Positions 7,317 to 16,115 of a DNA stretch of 34,423 nt are shown here, piece by piece (the stretch's first letter is position 1; the number at the start of each line of letters is the position of its first letter). The position numbers and the translations under genes were made by a program. This stretch comes from an uncultured Anaerolinea sp. GTDB taxonomy: Bacteria; Chloroflexota; Anaerolineae; Anaerolineales; Anaerolineaceae. The stretch spans positions 1 through 34,423 of the forward strand of contig CAZSGL010000002.1 in NCBI GenBank assembly GCA_964606265.1. Reading direction: 5' to 3'. The notes beneath the pieces are model-generated. The model was not told where the DNA came from, searched no databases, and worked only from the letters and a program-made list of their open reading frames with translations.

Positions 7317-8495
7317 ATGAAAGCACGAATTCGAACTTTTATTGACAATATTCTCTTTACTCCTAAACCGCTAACTGAGAACAGCTATCAAGGGTTTTTT
7401 CCCCTTCCCGATGGAACAAATTGCAGGTTGCATCTTCGGGTAAACAACGAGGGCGAAGGGATTTTAATCTTAAACGCCAGTACGATTCTCCATTTGAATC
7501 CGAGTGCGACTGAATTTGCCTATCATCTCATCCAGCGCACAGATGAAGATATAATCGTAAAAGAACTGGTTAAGAGATATCAAATATCCGCCTCAGCTGT
7601 AAAATCTGATTATGAGGTTTTTATTGGCAGGTTGGAGTCATTATTAACATCGCCAGACCTTGATCCAGAAAATTTTCTGGATATTGAGCGCATTGATCTC
7701 CACAAAGAACGCTTCTCATCTCCTTTACGCTTAGATTGCGCACTGACATATCAAACCAGTGATGATTCCTCTCCTGCGCTTACACCCGTTGAAAGAGTAA
7801 AAAGGACGCTGGACACCCAGGAATGGAAAAATATTCTACAAAAAGCATGGGATAAAGGCATCCCGCATGTGGTTTTCACCGGCGGCGAGCCAACATTACG
7901 TCCTGATCTTGTGGAACTGATAACATTTTCTGAAGAGATTGGTTTGGTAACGGGATTGCTCACGGATGGCGCACGCCTAACCGATACTGATTACCTCCAT
8001 AGTCTCTTAGCATCAGGTCTCGATCATATAATGATTGTGCTTTACCCAGGAAACCCCGTCTCCTGGGAAGCAATAAAAGATGTGATTAACGAGGACATAT
8101 CGCTCACCGTTCATATTACTGTATCCAGTAACCATACAGTGAATTACCCGAACCTGTTCGAAAAATTGCAGGAATTACAAATAAAAAAGATTTCACTGAG
8201 TGCTGATTCGCTTGATTCCAGTAAGATATTGCCTGAATTGTCACGTAAAGCGCTGGATTATGGTTTATCAATAGTATGGGACCTGCCGGTTCCCTATTCC
8301 GATATCAATCCTATCGCCATGGAGCTTGTTCAAGTTGAAAATTCTCTCAAGGGGGCTGCCCGTTCATGGCTTTACGTGGAACCGGATGGTGATGTTCTGC
8401 CTGGTCAAGGGATTATCTCAGTTCTGGGCAACATTTTGACAGATCCCTGGGAAACTATTTGGTCAGCCGCCAAGTTATGGCAGCATGACTCCTGA
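7317..8495 (+). CDS. Pseudo-radical-SAM paralogue: it keeps the RRE and GGE motifs but lacks the CX3CX2C and all SPASM cysteines
   Basis: 392 aa. SD GGAGGG lies upstream of ATG 7317. It aligns with the upstream rSAM along its whole length (RRE at residues 37-110; GIPHVVFTGGEPT is identical). The cluster-binding site reads LDCALTYQTSDDSS and the C-terminal region has no Cys. There are only 2 Cys in the whole protein. Confidence 0.85.
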   Translation: MKARIRTFIDNILFTPKPLTENSYQGFFPLPDGTNCRLHLRVNNEGEGILILNASTILHLNPSATEFAYHLIQRTDEDIIVKELVKRYQISASAVKSDYEVFIGRLESLLTSPDLDPENFLDIERIDLHKERFSSPLRLDCALTYQTSDDSSPALTPVERVKRTLDTQEWKNILQKAWDKGIPHVVFTGGEPTLRPDLVELITFSEEIGLVTGLLTDGARLTDTDYLHSLLASGLDHIMIVLYPGNPVSWEAIKDVINEDISLTVHITVSSNHTVNYPNLFEKLQELQIKKISLSADSLDSSKILPELSRKALDYGLSIVWDLPVPYSDINPIAMELVQVENSLKGAARSWLYVEPDGDVLPGQGIISVLGNILTDPWETIWSAAKLWQHDS

Positions 8496-9246
8496 ACAAT
8501 CCAATCCTAATTGGAATCAAAGGTTTTCTATTCAAGCAGAATGGACAAAACCACTTCGTCAATTTCTAATTGAACAAACAGGCATGAGCAGTTCTTCCAG
8601 CGTTCTGGAGGTCGGAAGTGGAACAGGTGTAATCCTTCGAGATACGATTGACATGGCTGGCAATCAACCCATTGGAATCGATTTTGATCTCGGGCGGTTG
8701 TCTGAAAATAAGGCAATAAACCCAGATCAAGTTGTTGCCAGCGCTAATGTCTATTTTCTTCCTTTTCCTGTAAATACATTTGATTTCGTCATTTCTCATT
8801 ACTTTTACCTTTGGTTGAAAGATCCTATTCAAGCATTAACCGAAGTAAAAAGGGTTTTGAAACCAGGCGGGCGTGCCATCGCATTTGCTGAGCCTGATTA
8901 CGCTGCAAGGATCGAATACCCTGAATATTTTCAAACATTAGCGGATGCTCAAACCAAATCTCTATTTGTTCAGGGTATCAACCCAAAAACTGGACGTTTA
9001 CTCCCTTCTTTTTTTTCTGGTAGCGGTTTTACCGATATCCAATTTGGAATCTCAGGTTTTCAAATTCCTGTTCAAGAGTTGAGCAAGGATTGGGAGTCAG
9101 AATGGAAAATGCTCGAACACGATTTATCTGGAAATGGTTCGGGCATACAATTAGCTCAATACAAATTAAATGATAAAAAATCCCGTCTTTCTGGCTCAAG
9201 AGTATCCTGGATCCCTACTTTTTATACAATTGGCAAGAAGAATTAA
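8485..9246 (+). CDS. Class I SAM-dependent methyltransferase
   Basis: 253 aa. Motif I is VLEVGSGTGVILRD and the post-I/II region is VLKPGGRAIAFAEPD. The start overlaps the previous gene by 11 nt (ATGACTCCTGA), which suggests translational coupling. Confidence 0.88.
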   Translation: MTPEQSNPNWNQRFSIQAEWTKPLRQFLIEQTGMSSSSSVLEVGSGTGVILRDTIDMAGNQPIGIDFDLGRLSENKAINPDQVVASANVYFLPFPVNTFDFVISHYFYLWLKDPIQALTEVKRVLKPGGRAIAFAEPDYAARIEYPEYFQTLADAQTKSLFVQGINPKTGRLLPSFFSGSGFTDIQFGISGFQIPVQELSKDWESEWKMLEHDLSGNGSGIQLAQYKLNDKKSRLSGSRVSWIPTFYTIGKKN

Positions 9247-9294
9247 GACAAAAATAACTTTTTTTCTAAATTAAGTCACTGTAAAATTTTTCTT

Positions 9295-9345
9295 GATCAG
9301 GCTTTCTTCACCATTTCGTCACCGCCATAAGCCTGATCTTTTTTA
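9295..9345 (+). terminator. Possible rho-independent terminator after the methyltransferase
   Basis: A 10-bp stem GATCAGGCTT (9295-9304) / AAGCCTGATC (9329-9338) followed by TTTTTT. The 24-nt loop is unusually large, so confidence is moderate. Confidence 0.45.
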
Positions 9346-9366
9346 TTCCCATTTCCGGAGGGTCAA

Positions 9367-10710
9367 ATGAAAGGTACACATAAGAAATCAGGCAGGACCC
9401 TGGTTGCTCTTGGTTTTGGCTACCTGGTTGACCAGGGTGAAGGTCAGGCAATGGGTGTATTGTCACCAATCCTCCAGGCAGTCTGGGGAATCAGTTACGG
9501 TGCTATTGGATTGATGGAAACCCTCAGAAACATTGCCCAAACCATTAGCGCTCCGTTGTGGGGTTACGTTGCGGATCGATGGTCTCGAAAGAAAGTACTC
9601 ATCTTTGGAACTGGGGTTTGGGGACTATGGACAATTGCAGTCGGACTCATGCCAAACATTGGTAGTATGACGATTATCCGCGCAATTTCTGGCCTGGGAC
9701 TGGGTTGCCTCATGCCTGCCACCTTTTCATTGCTTGGCGATCATTATCCACAGGAAAAACGCGGGCGTGCTCTAGGCGTGATTGGAGCAGTCGGCGCAAT
9801 TGGGATCGTACTTGGCGTCCTGGCGTTAGGGTTTGTTGCCACACCCGAGCTTTGGCGTTGGGGTTTCATCGGTTTGGGAATCGCCAGCGTTTTAACTGGT
9901 GTGATTATTTGGCTTCTGGTGGAAGAACCTCCACGGGGATCTGCTGAACCTGAACTTGCCGGCCTCGTAACTCGGGAAAACGAAAAAAGATACATGATCA
10001 ACTGGAAGGATGTATTCAGCACGCTACGGATCCCGACGATCTGGGCAGCAATCCTCCAGGGAGTTACTGGTTCCATGCCCTGGGTCGTAATGAGCATTTA
10101 CCTGATCAACTGGTTGGTTAAAGACCTTGGTTTTTCGAACACCATCACATTTTCGCATGTTCGCGGCAGCGCTCCACTGGTTTTTGCCCTGATCGTTATT
10201 GGGACAGCAATCAGCAACTATGTGGGCGGGGTTATTGGTGATTTTGCTGAAAAGAAAAGCCCAAAATATGGCAGGACCATCATCGGTCAATTCTCGGTTC
10301 TGGTGGGAATCCCGTTGACCTATCTACTCTTCACGCAGGGAAAGAATATGACATTCCCTCAAATTCTCGGACTTGCATTTTGCACCGCCCTGCTCATCAG
10401 CTGGCCAGGTCGGGGTGCCAAGGAACCGATGATGCAGGCGATAGTAACACCTGAAATGCGTTCTAGCGCATATTCAGTGGTCAGTCTCATCGAAGGTGGG
10501 CTATCTGCCTTTTCCGGGCTAATCGCTGGTGCCTTGGCCGATAAAATTGGCTTGACCAACGCACTTCTTTGGACAGTTCCCTTTCCCTGGATTCTCTGTG
10601 GTGTGGGCTTTACATTGTTCTACTTCACCTACCCAAAAGACTCTGCTCGCGTTCGTCAGAAATTGGCAGAACGGCGCATTGAATTACTCGATGAACAGGC
10701 AAGCAAGTAG
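9367..10710 (+). CDS. MFS transporter (12-TM type)
   Basis: 447 aa and highly hydrophobic. MFS motif A between TM2 and TM3 is GYVADRWSRKKVL. SD GGAGGG lies upstream of ATG 9367. Confidence 0.92.
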   Translation: MKGTHKKSGRTLVALGFGYLVDQGEGQAMGVLSPILQAVWGISYGAIGLMETLRNIAQTISAPLWGYVADRWSRKKVLIFGTGVWGLWTIAVGLMPNIGSMTIIRAISGLGLGCLMPATFSLLGDHYPQEKRGRALGVIGAVGAIGIVLGVLALGFVATPELWRWGFIGLGIASVLTGVIIWLLVEEPPRGSAEPELAGLVTRENEKRYMINWKDVFSTLRIPTIWAAILQGVTGSMPWVVMSIYLINWLVKDLGFSNTITFSHVRGSAPLVFALIVIGTAISNYVGGVIGDFAEKKSPKYGRTIIGQFSVLVGIPLTYLLFTQGKNMTFPQILGLAFCTALLISWPGRGAKEPMMQAIVTPEMRSSAYSVVSLIEGGLSAFSGLIAGALADKIGLTNALLWTVPFPWILCGVGFTLFYFTYPKDSARVRQKLAERRIELLDEQASK

Positions 10711-10720
10711 GACATTGCTA

Positions 10721-10749
10721 TTGCAGAATTAATTATTTCAGACTATAAT
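10721..10749 (+). promoter_or_regulatory. Sigma-70-type promoter for tRNA-Pro
   Basis: TTGCAG (10721-10726), a 17-nt spacer, then TATAAT (10744-10749). The -10 ends 13 nt upstream of the tRNA 5' end. Confidence 0.55.
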
Positions 10750-10762
10750 TCTGCTCGTTGTT

Positions 10763-10839
<77 letters not shown>

Positions 10840-10843
10840 AACC

Positions 10844-10877
10844 AAAAGACGGTGAATTTATTTCACCGTCTTTTTTA
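10844..10877. terminator. Bidirectional rho-independent terminator between tRNA-Pro (+) and gltX (-)
   Basis: Stem GACGGTGAA (10848-10856) / TTCACCGTC (10862-10870) with loop TTTAT. It is flanked by AAAA upstream and TTTTTT downstream. Confidence 0.75.
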
Positions 10878-10889
10878 TTTTGTTCTTAT

Positions 10890-12377
10890 TTATCCTGCAA
10901 GCAGTTTAATTCCGTTATTAATCCTATTGAGTACTTTTTCATAACCGATAATTTCCATTGATTCAAATAATGGTGGACTTACCCGTTGCCCCGTTACTGC
11001 TACACGCAATGTACCAAAAACCTGCCCAGCCGATAGACCTTTTTCCTCAGCATAAGTACGGAGATCTGGTTCCAAATCCTTTTTAAATATTGAATTCTTG
11101 CTTAGGATGATTTCCCTCGTCTTTTCTAATACATTTAGGCAGTCCTTACTGTTCATCTCCTTTTGGAGAAGATCCTCTTTAGAATATTCGATTTCATCTT
11201 TGAAAAAGAATCCAGCCATCGGGATAGCTTCATCAAGAGTTGGCAGGCGATCTCGCAATATTGGGGCAATTTTTTCGAGTGTTCCGATATTTGCTTTAAT
11301 CCCTGCTTTTTCGAAAAATGGAATTAATCGGGCTGCCAATTCGCCATTGGACAGATTGCGGATATGTAATCCATTAAAATAATCCAATTTGCTAAAATTT
11401 ATTGCTGCCGGCGAAGGGTTTAATTTCTCCAGGCTAAATTTTTCTACCAAATCATTCATCGTGAAAAACTCAGTTTTGTCGTCGTAACTCCACCCCATTA
11501 ATGCAATCCAGTTGATCACGCCTTCCGGGGTATATCCTAACTCCTTGAAATCTTTTACAAAAATAGAATGACCTTCATTAATTGCATCAGCATCTTCACG
11601 TTTGCTCATCTTCCCTTTACCGCTCGGTTTTAGGAATATCGAGAGGTGAATCCATTCCGGCTCTGGCCATCCAAAAGATCGACAAATCAAGGCATGTAAC
11701 GGTATTGAGGGAATCCATTCGGAACCTCGTATAACGTGGGTGATTTTCATTAGAAAATCATCCACCATGGCAGCAAAATGATATAGTGCCCATCCGTCTG
11801 ATTTCACTAAAATAGAGTCGTCGATAGTGCTGTTTTGGACAGTGATTTCACCCCTGATCAAATCCCGGACAGTGGTTACTCCATCTTGGGGGGACTTGAT
11901 TCTTATGACGTGTTTTTCGCCTTTATCTACCCGGTCGCGCGCATCCTCAAGAGGAATGTTTCTGCACGTTCCATCATAATGAATGGGAAGTTTATTCTTC
12001 ATCTGAGTGTTTCTGACCTCGGATAATCGGTCAGGTGTACAAAAGCAATAAAAAGCGTTACCAGAATCTACCATTTTTCTAGCATATTCCTGGTATATTT
12101 CTTTCCGCTCGGATTGTCGGTATGGTCCGTATGGTCCGCCAACATCCGGACCTTCGTCATATTGAATGTCTAGCCACCTTAGGCCGTCCATCAATTCTTG
12201 TTCGGCTTCAGGCACATACCTTTTTGTATCCGTGTCTTCAATACGTAAAATGAACTGACCCCCTGACTGTTTGGCTACCAGGTAATCATAAAGAGCGGTT
12301 CGTGCACTGCCCAGGTGCATATGTCCTGTAGGTGATGGTGCAAAACGTACTCGAGCAGGTTTAGTGAGTTTATCCAT
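10890..12377 (-). CDS. gltX: Glutamate--tRNA ligase
   Basis: 495 aa. The class I HIGH region is PSPTGHMHLGSARTALY and the KMSKS motif is GKMSKRE. The overall order is GltX-typical (RIEDTD, WLDIQYDEGP). Confidence 0.96.
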   Translation of the reverse strand: MDKLTKPARVRFAPSPTGHMHLGSARTALYDYLVAKQSGGQFILRIEDTDTKRYVPEAEQELMDGLRWLDIQYDEGPDVGGPYGPYRQSERKEIYQEYARKMVDSGNAFYCFCTPDRLSEVRNTQMKNKLPIHYDGTCRNIPLEDARDRVDKGEKHVIRIKSPQDGVTTVRDLIRGEITVQNSTIDDSILVKSDGWALYHFAAMVDDFLMKITHVIRGSEWIPSIPLHALICRSFGWPEPEWIHLSIFLKPSGKGKMSKREDADAINEGHSIFVKDFKELGYTPEGVINWIALMGWSYDDKTEFFTMNDLVEKFSLEKLNPSPAAINFSKLDYFNGLHIRNLSNGELAARLIPFFEKAGIKANIGTLEKIAPILRDRLPTLDEAIPMAGFFFKDEIEYSKEDLLQKEMNSKDCLNVLEKTREIILSKNSIFKKDLEPDLRTYAEEKGLSAGQVFGTLRVAVTGQRVSPPLFESMEIIGYEKVLNRINNGIKLLAG

Positions 12378-12389
12378 GGCTCTCCAATT

Positions 12390-13481
12390 TTATTTTTTCT
12401 GGTGCATTAATACGCTTTCGATCAATCCGATTCCAAGCATTAATGATAACAAAGAACTTCCACCATAACTGATGAACGGCAAAGTTTGCCCCGTTACAGG
12501 GATAACTCGAAGGTTCACTCCGATATTTACCGCTGTTTGGAAAAAGATCAGTGTCGCAAAGCCATATGCAATCATAGCGCCAAAATTATCACCCGCCAAT
12601 CTGGCAGCCCTGATACATCGAATGATGACGAAAACCAACAATGCGATAACTACAGTTGTCCCTACAAACCCAAATTCTTCAGCCATAGCCGAAAAAATGA
12701 AATCTGTATGTCTCACTTTCAGAAATCGCAGCTGTACCTGGGTACCGTGACCGTATCCCTGACCTAACCAACCACCATTTCCTATAGTGATTAAGGCTTG
12801 TTCCACATTATAGGTATTCCCGTGACGTGCCTCAGGATCTGGATTTATAAATGTTAGGATTCGGTCCTGTTGGTATTGTTCTAAGAATGGAAACGCACTA
12901 ACCGCAATCACAAGTGTGGCAATTATTAAAATAACCAGGAACTTATTGGGTAATCCGCTAATCCATAGCATTGAAAACCAGATAACAAATAAAAGGATAG
13001 AAGAGCTGAGATTTGGTTGTAACAAAATTTGTACAACAATCCCTGCAACAAGGAGAAAACTAATCACTACCCAACGAACGTTCTTTTCTCGATATACATT
13101 TTTTGAGAAGTAGTCTGCGAGCACCAAAATTAAAACGATTTTGGCAATTTCAGCTGGTTGAATATTTACTATTCCGACTTCCAACCATCTTTGAGCACCA
13201 AAACTGATTGTTCCCGCTATCAATATTACAGCGAGCAATAAGACGGTGATTGAATAAAACAGTTTTGAGAAGTTTTTCCAGTAGTGGTAATCCACCAGGG
13301 CAGCAATGATTAAAACGCCAAGACCTACCGCAACATATGTGGATTGCCTATTATCAAATCCGGCCAGTTCTGTATTGCCAGCAATAGCTGAGCGGATCAT
13401 TAGCACGCCAAAAAGGCTGAGGAATACTACAGCTCCAAACAGCCAGAAATCAAAATGCTTCCAAAGATCTTTATTAAACAT
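12390..13481 (-). CDS. rodA: SEDS-family peptidoglycan polymerase RodA
   Basis: 363 aa and polytopic. FtsW/RodA signatures are present: HTDFIFSAMAEEFGF, PVTGQTLPFISYGGSS and GNGGWLGQGYGHGTQ. It lies directly downstream of mrdA in the mre cluster. Confidence 0.93.
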   Translation of the reverse strand: MFNKDLWKHFDFWLFGAVVFLSLFGVLMIRSAIAGNTELAGFDNRQSTYVAVGLGVLIIAALVDYHYWKNFSKLFYSITVLLLAVILIAGTISFGAQRWLEVGIVNIQPAEIAKIVLILVLADYFSKNVYREKNVRWVVISFLLVAGIVVQILLQPNLSSSILLFVIWFSMLWISGLPNKFLVILIIATLVIAVSAFPFLEQYQQDRILTFINPDPEARHGNTYNVEQALITIGNGGWLGQGYGHGTQVQLRFLKVRHTDFIFSAMAEEFGFVGTTVVIALLVFVIIRCIRAARLAGDNFGAMIAYGFATLIFFQTAVNIGVNLRVIPVTGQTLPFISYGGSSLLSLMLGIGLIESVLMHQKK

Positions 13482-13499
13482 AATTATTCGATCGTCTGC

Positions 13500-15620
13500 T
13501 TATTGAATGATTTCCTCGCCACCAACTGCGTTAGCAATGTCAATCGCCTTGAGTTCAAAGTAGGCTTGCATCACCTTTCCAACAATTGGAGCTGCCACCG
13601 CGGATCCCTCGGTCCCATTGTACACAAAGGCAATTACAACAATTTCAGGGTCATCATAAGGTGCATAACCCACATACCAAGCGTGAGAAGGCCAGGCTTC
13701 AGGCACACACAAGTTCTTTTCATCGGCAACGTCATCACAATACTCGGCACTTCCCGTTTTTCCAGCAGATGGAACATCAAAATAGACCAGATTGGCAGTC
13801 GCGGTCCCATTGACTACGACTTCACGCATTCCCCTCTGTGCCCATTCGATTACCCACGGTTCAACTACTTTTTTCTCCCCTGTCGGTTTGTTGTTTTCAT
13901 CCAGGATATCAATCAAAGGATCTTTAGTAATATCCCAGACCAACTTTGGCCCCTGCTGATAGATTACATTACCTTTATCATCTTTAATTTCAGGAACAAC
14001 ATTTCCATTTGAATCCACAACTTCTTTTACCAGTGTCGGCTGCATGTAAATGCCATCATTTGCTAAAATCGCAAATGACTGCAAAACCTGCAGCGGAGTT
14101 GCCAACACATATCCTTGCCCAATCGTAGTAATGTACGTGTCACCGGTTGCCCAGTTTTCTGCCCGGTAAATTCTTTTCCATGTGGGATCAGGTATCAATC
14201 CCTCTACTTCATAGGGCAGTTCAATGCCAGACAACCGCCCATAACCCAAAGCTTCTGCATACTCCTTGGCTCTCCAGGGTCCTAATCCTCCATCTGGAAT
14301 TTCATCTTCGAAACCACCGCCAATTTTGTAAAAATAAATATCATCTGATAAACCAACTCCTTTTACAAAATTACACATACCGTGACCACCACGATCATAT
14401 CCAACATATTCTCGCGGAATACCCGGCTCATTTGCGCTGTATTTCTGGATGATGGAGATGGTTCCAGGGCACTCGATCTGTCGTTCCGGTGTGATGACCC
14501 CTTCATTCAAAGCACCTATGGCGGCTACCATCTTATACACTGATCCAGGGGGATGCATTGCGGAGACTGCATGATTTAACATAGGATGAAGTGGATCCTC
14601 AGAAAGTTGATAATAATAATACGCAGGGATAATCCTCTCCAACCGATTATTTTCATACGTCGGTTCAGATACCATGGCTAATATCTCGCCATTTTTTGGA
14701 TTCATTACGATAACTACCCCATTCTGCGATTTAATCGTTCCTAACCAGTTATTCCAAAATTTTATTTCGTCCTGGAGAATGGTTTTTGCAGCCTTTTGTA
14801 AACGTGAATCTATCGTAAGTTTGACTGTATAACCAGGGATTGATTCAATTGGCGCCTCAACATCCTTGATTTCTTTCCCTGCGTTATCAACTTCGACAAC
14901 TCTCGAGCCATTCTCTCCTATAAGGAGATCGTCCAATGAGTATTCAATACCTGCAAAACCTACCTTATCTCTTCCAGGTACAAAACCTTTTTCAACGTAA
15001 TAGCTCTGGTTTTCAACAGTAATCGGTCCAAGGAACCCGATTATCTCTGATGTCAATGAACCAGTTGGGTATTGTCGCACAGATTCTACTTCAATTGAGA
15101 CTCCTGGCCAGTCGTTCTGTTTTTCTCTTATTACTCGAGCCAGCAAATCATCAATATTACATTTAATTTTTACAGGTTGGAATGGCGCGTTAGTATCACC
15201 AATAATCACGATTTCTTTAATTCCAAAATCTGTTTCACAAGGAGTAAAAGTTGTTGCAGATTCGTCATTTAGAGCTCCGTTGGTCACAGGAATATCAATC
15301 AACTCCGAGAGTTCGCGGAAGATTGTTTCTGTTGTTCCAATATCTACAGGCAAATTAGCTGGCGTGATGGAGACATCAAATGAAGGCGCATTTTGAGCAA
15401 GGATAAACCCATTCCGGTCCAGGATTTTTCCACGTGTAGTTTGAACACTAATATTCTTTAGTCGGTTCTCTTCAGCTTGTGATGTATAAAGTGAACTATT
15501 TACAATTTGTAACGAAAAAAGACGAAAAATGTAAAAAATAAAGACGGCACCTACAATAGCGTAGATAACCTTAAACCTCCATTTTTCAAATCCATTAGTC
15601 ACATCCTGGTTTTTAATCAT
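13500..15620 (-). CDS. mrdA: Penicillin-binding protein 2 (elongasome transpeptidase)
   Basis: 706 aa with an N-terminal TM anchor. The transpeptidase motifs are SVYK (SxxK), SDD (the SxD variant typical of PBP2) and KTGSAE (KTG). It lies between mreD and rodA. Confidence 0.94.
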   Translation of the reverse strand: MIKNQDVTNGFEKWRFKVIYAIVGAVFIFYIFRLFSLQIVNSSLYTSQAEENRLKNISVQTTRGKILDRNGFILAQNAPSFDVSITPANLPVDIGTTETIFRELSELIDIPVTNGALNDESATTFTPCETDFGIKEIVIIGDTNAPFQPVKIKCNIDDLLARVIREKQNDWPGVSIEVESVRQYPTGSLTSEIIGFLGPITVENQSYYVEKGFVPGRDKVGFAGIEYSLDDLLIGENGSRVVEVDNAGKEIKDVEAPIESIPGYTVKLTIDSRLQKAAKTILQDEIKFWNNWLGTIKSQNGVVIVMNPKNGEILAMVSEPTYENNRLERIIPAYYYYQLSEDPLHPMLNHAVSAMHPPGSVYKMVAAIGALNEGVITPERQIECPGTISIIQKYSANEPGIPREYVGYDRGGHGMCNFVKGVGLSDDIYFYKIGGGFEDEIPDGGLGPWRAKEYAEALGYGRLSGIELPYEVEGLIPDPTWKRIYRAENWATGDTYITTIGQGYVLATPLQVLQSFAILANDGIYMQPTLVKEVVDSNGNVVPEIKDDKGNVIYQQGPKLVWDITKDPLIDILDENNKPTGEKKVVEPWVIEWAQRGMREVVVNGTATANLVYFDVPSAGKTGSAEYCDDVADEKNLCVPEAWPSHAWYVGYAPYDDPEIVVIAFVYNGTEGSAVAAPIVGKVMQAYFELKAIDIANAVGGEEIIQ

Positions 15621-16113
15621 TTTCTATCTCCGTATAAACCATGGAACTTAAATCTTTGGCGATTAGGTAAATCGGAAATGCGATCACCAGATTTAGGATC
15701 GTTGAGGGAATGATAATACGTTGTACTGCATCAACCCACGACGTATTAATACCGATTATTTTTAGAGCGGCAAAGTGAATTAGATAATTACTGGCACTAC
15801 CAAGGATCAGTACAACAAAGAATGAAAGCAGTGGTGATTGCCACAACCTTTTTTTCATAAAATATCCAAATAGAAATATTACAGAATAACCAATTAAGAT
15901 CGCATACCAGGGTACAGCGGAAATGAAAGCAGTCATGATTATTGCAAGTACAAACCATATCCAGCTTTTTTTAACACGTGATTGGATTACCCAGGCTGTT
16001 AGCCATACCAGGATAAAGTCAGCGAATCCATCCAGTAGTAAAAACTTGCTGCTAATTGTTATTTGAATACTTAATAAGATTAAGAGTATTGGGATTGCTA
16101 ATAAGTGAATCAT
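15613..16113 (-). CDS. mreD: Rod shape-determining protein MreD
   Basis: 166-aa polytopic hydrophobic protein between mreC and mrdA. Its stop overlaps the mrdA start by 8 nt. The call rests mainly on position and hydropathy. Confidence 0.82.
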   Translation of the reverse strand: MIHLLAIPILLILLSIQITISSKFLLLDGFADFILVWLTAWVIQSRVKKSWIWFVLAIIMTAFISAVPWYAILIGYSVIFLFGYFMKKRLWQSPLLSFFVVLILGSASNYLIHFAALKIIGINTSWVDAVQRIIIPSTILNLVIAFPIYLIAKDLSSMVYTEIEND

Positions 16114-16115
16114 TT

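Noticed and set aside
13455-14012. A 185-aa plus-strand ORF antisense to the rodA/mrdA junction. Similar antisense ORFs include 2673-3164, 9744-10097, 21912-22247 and 24775-25218.
   Set aside because: The translations are low-complexity or odd in composition with no motifs. Each is fully contained in a confidently identified gene on the opposite strand.
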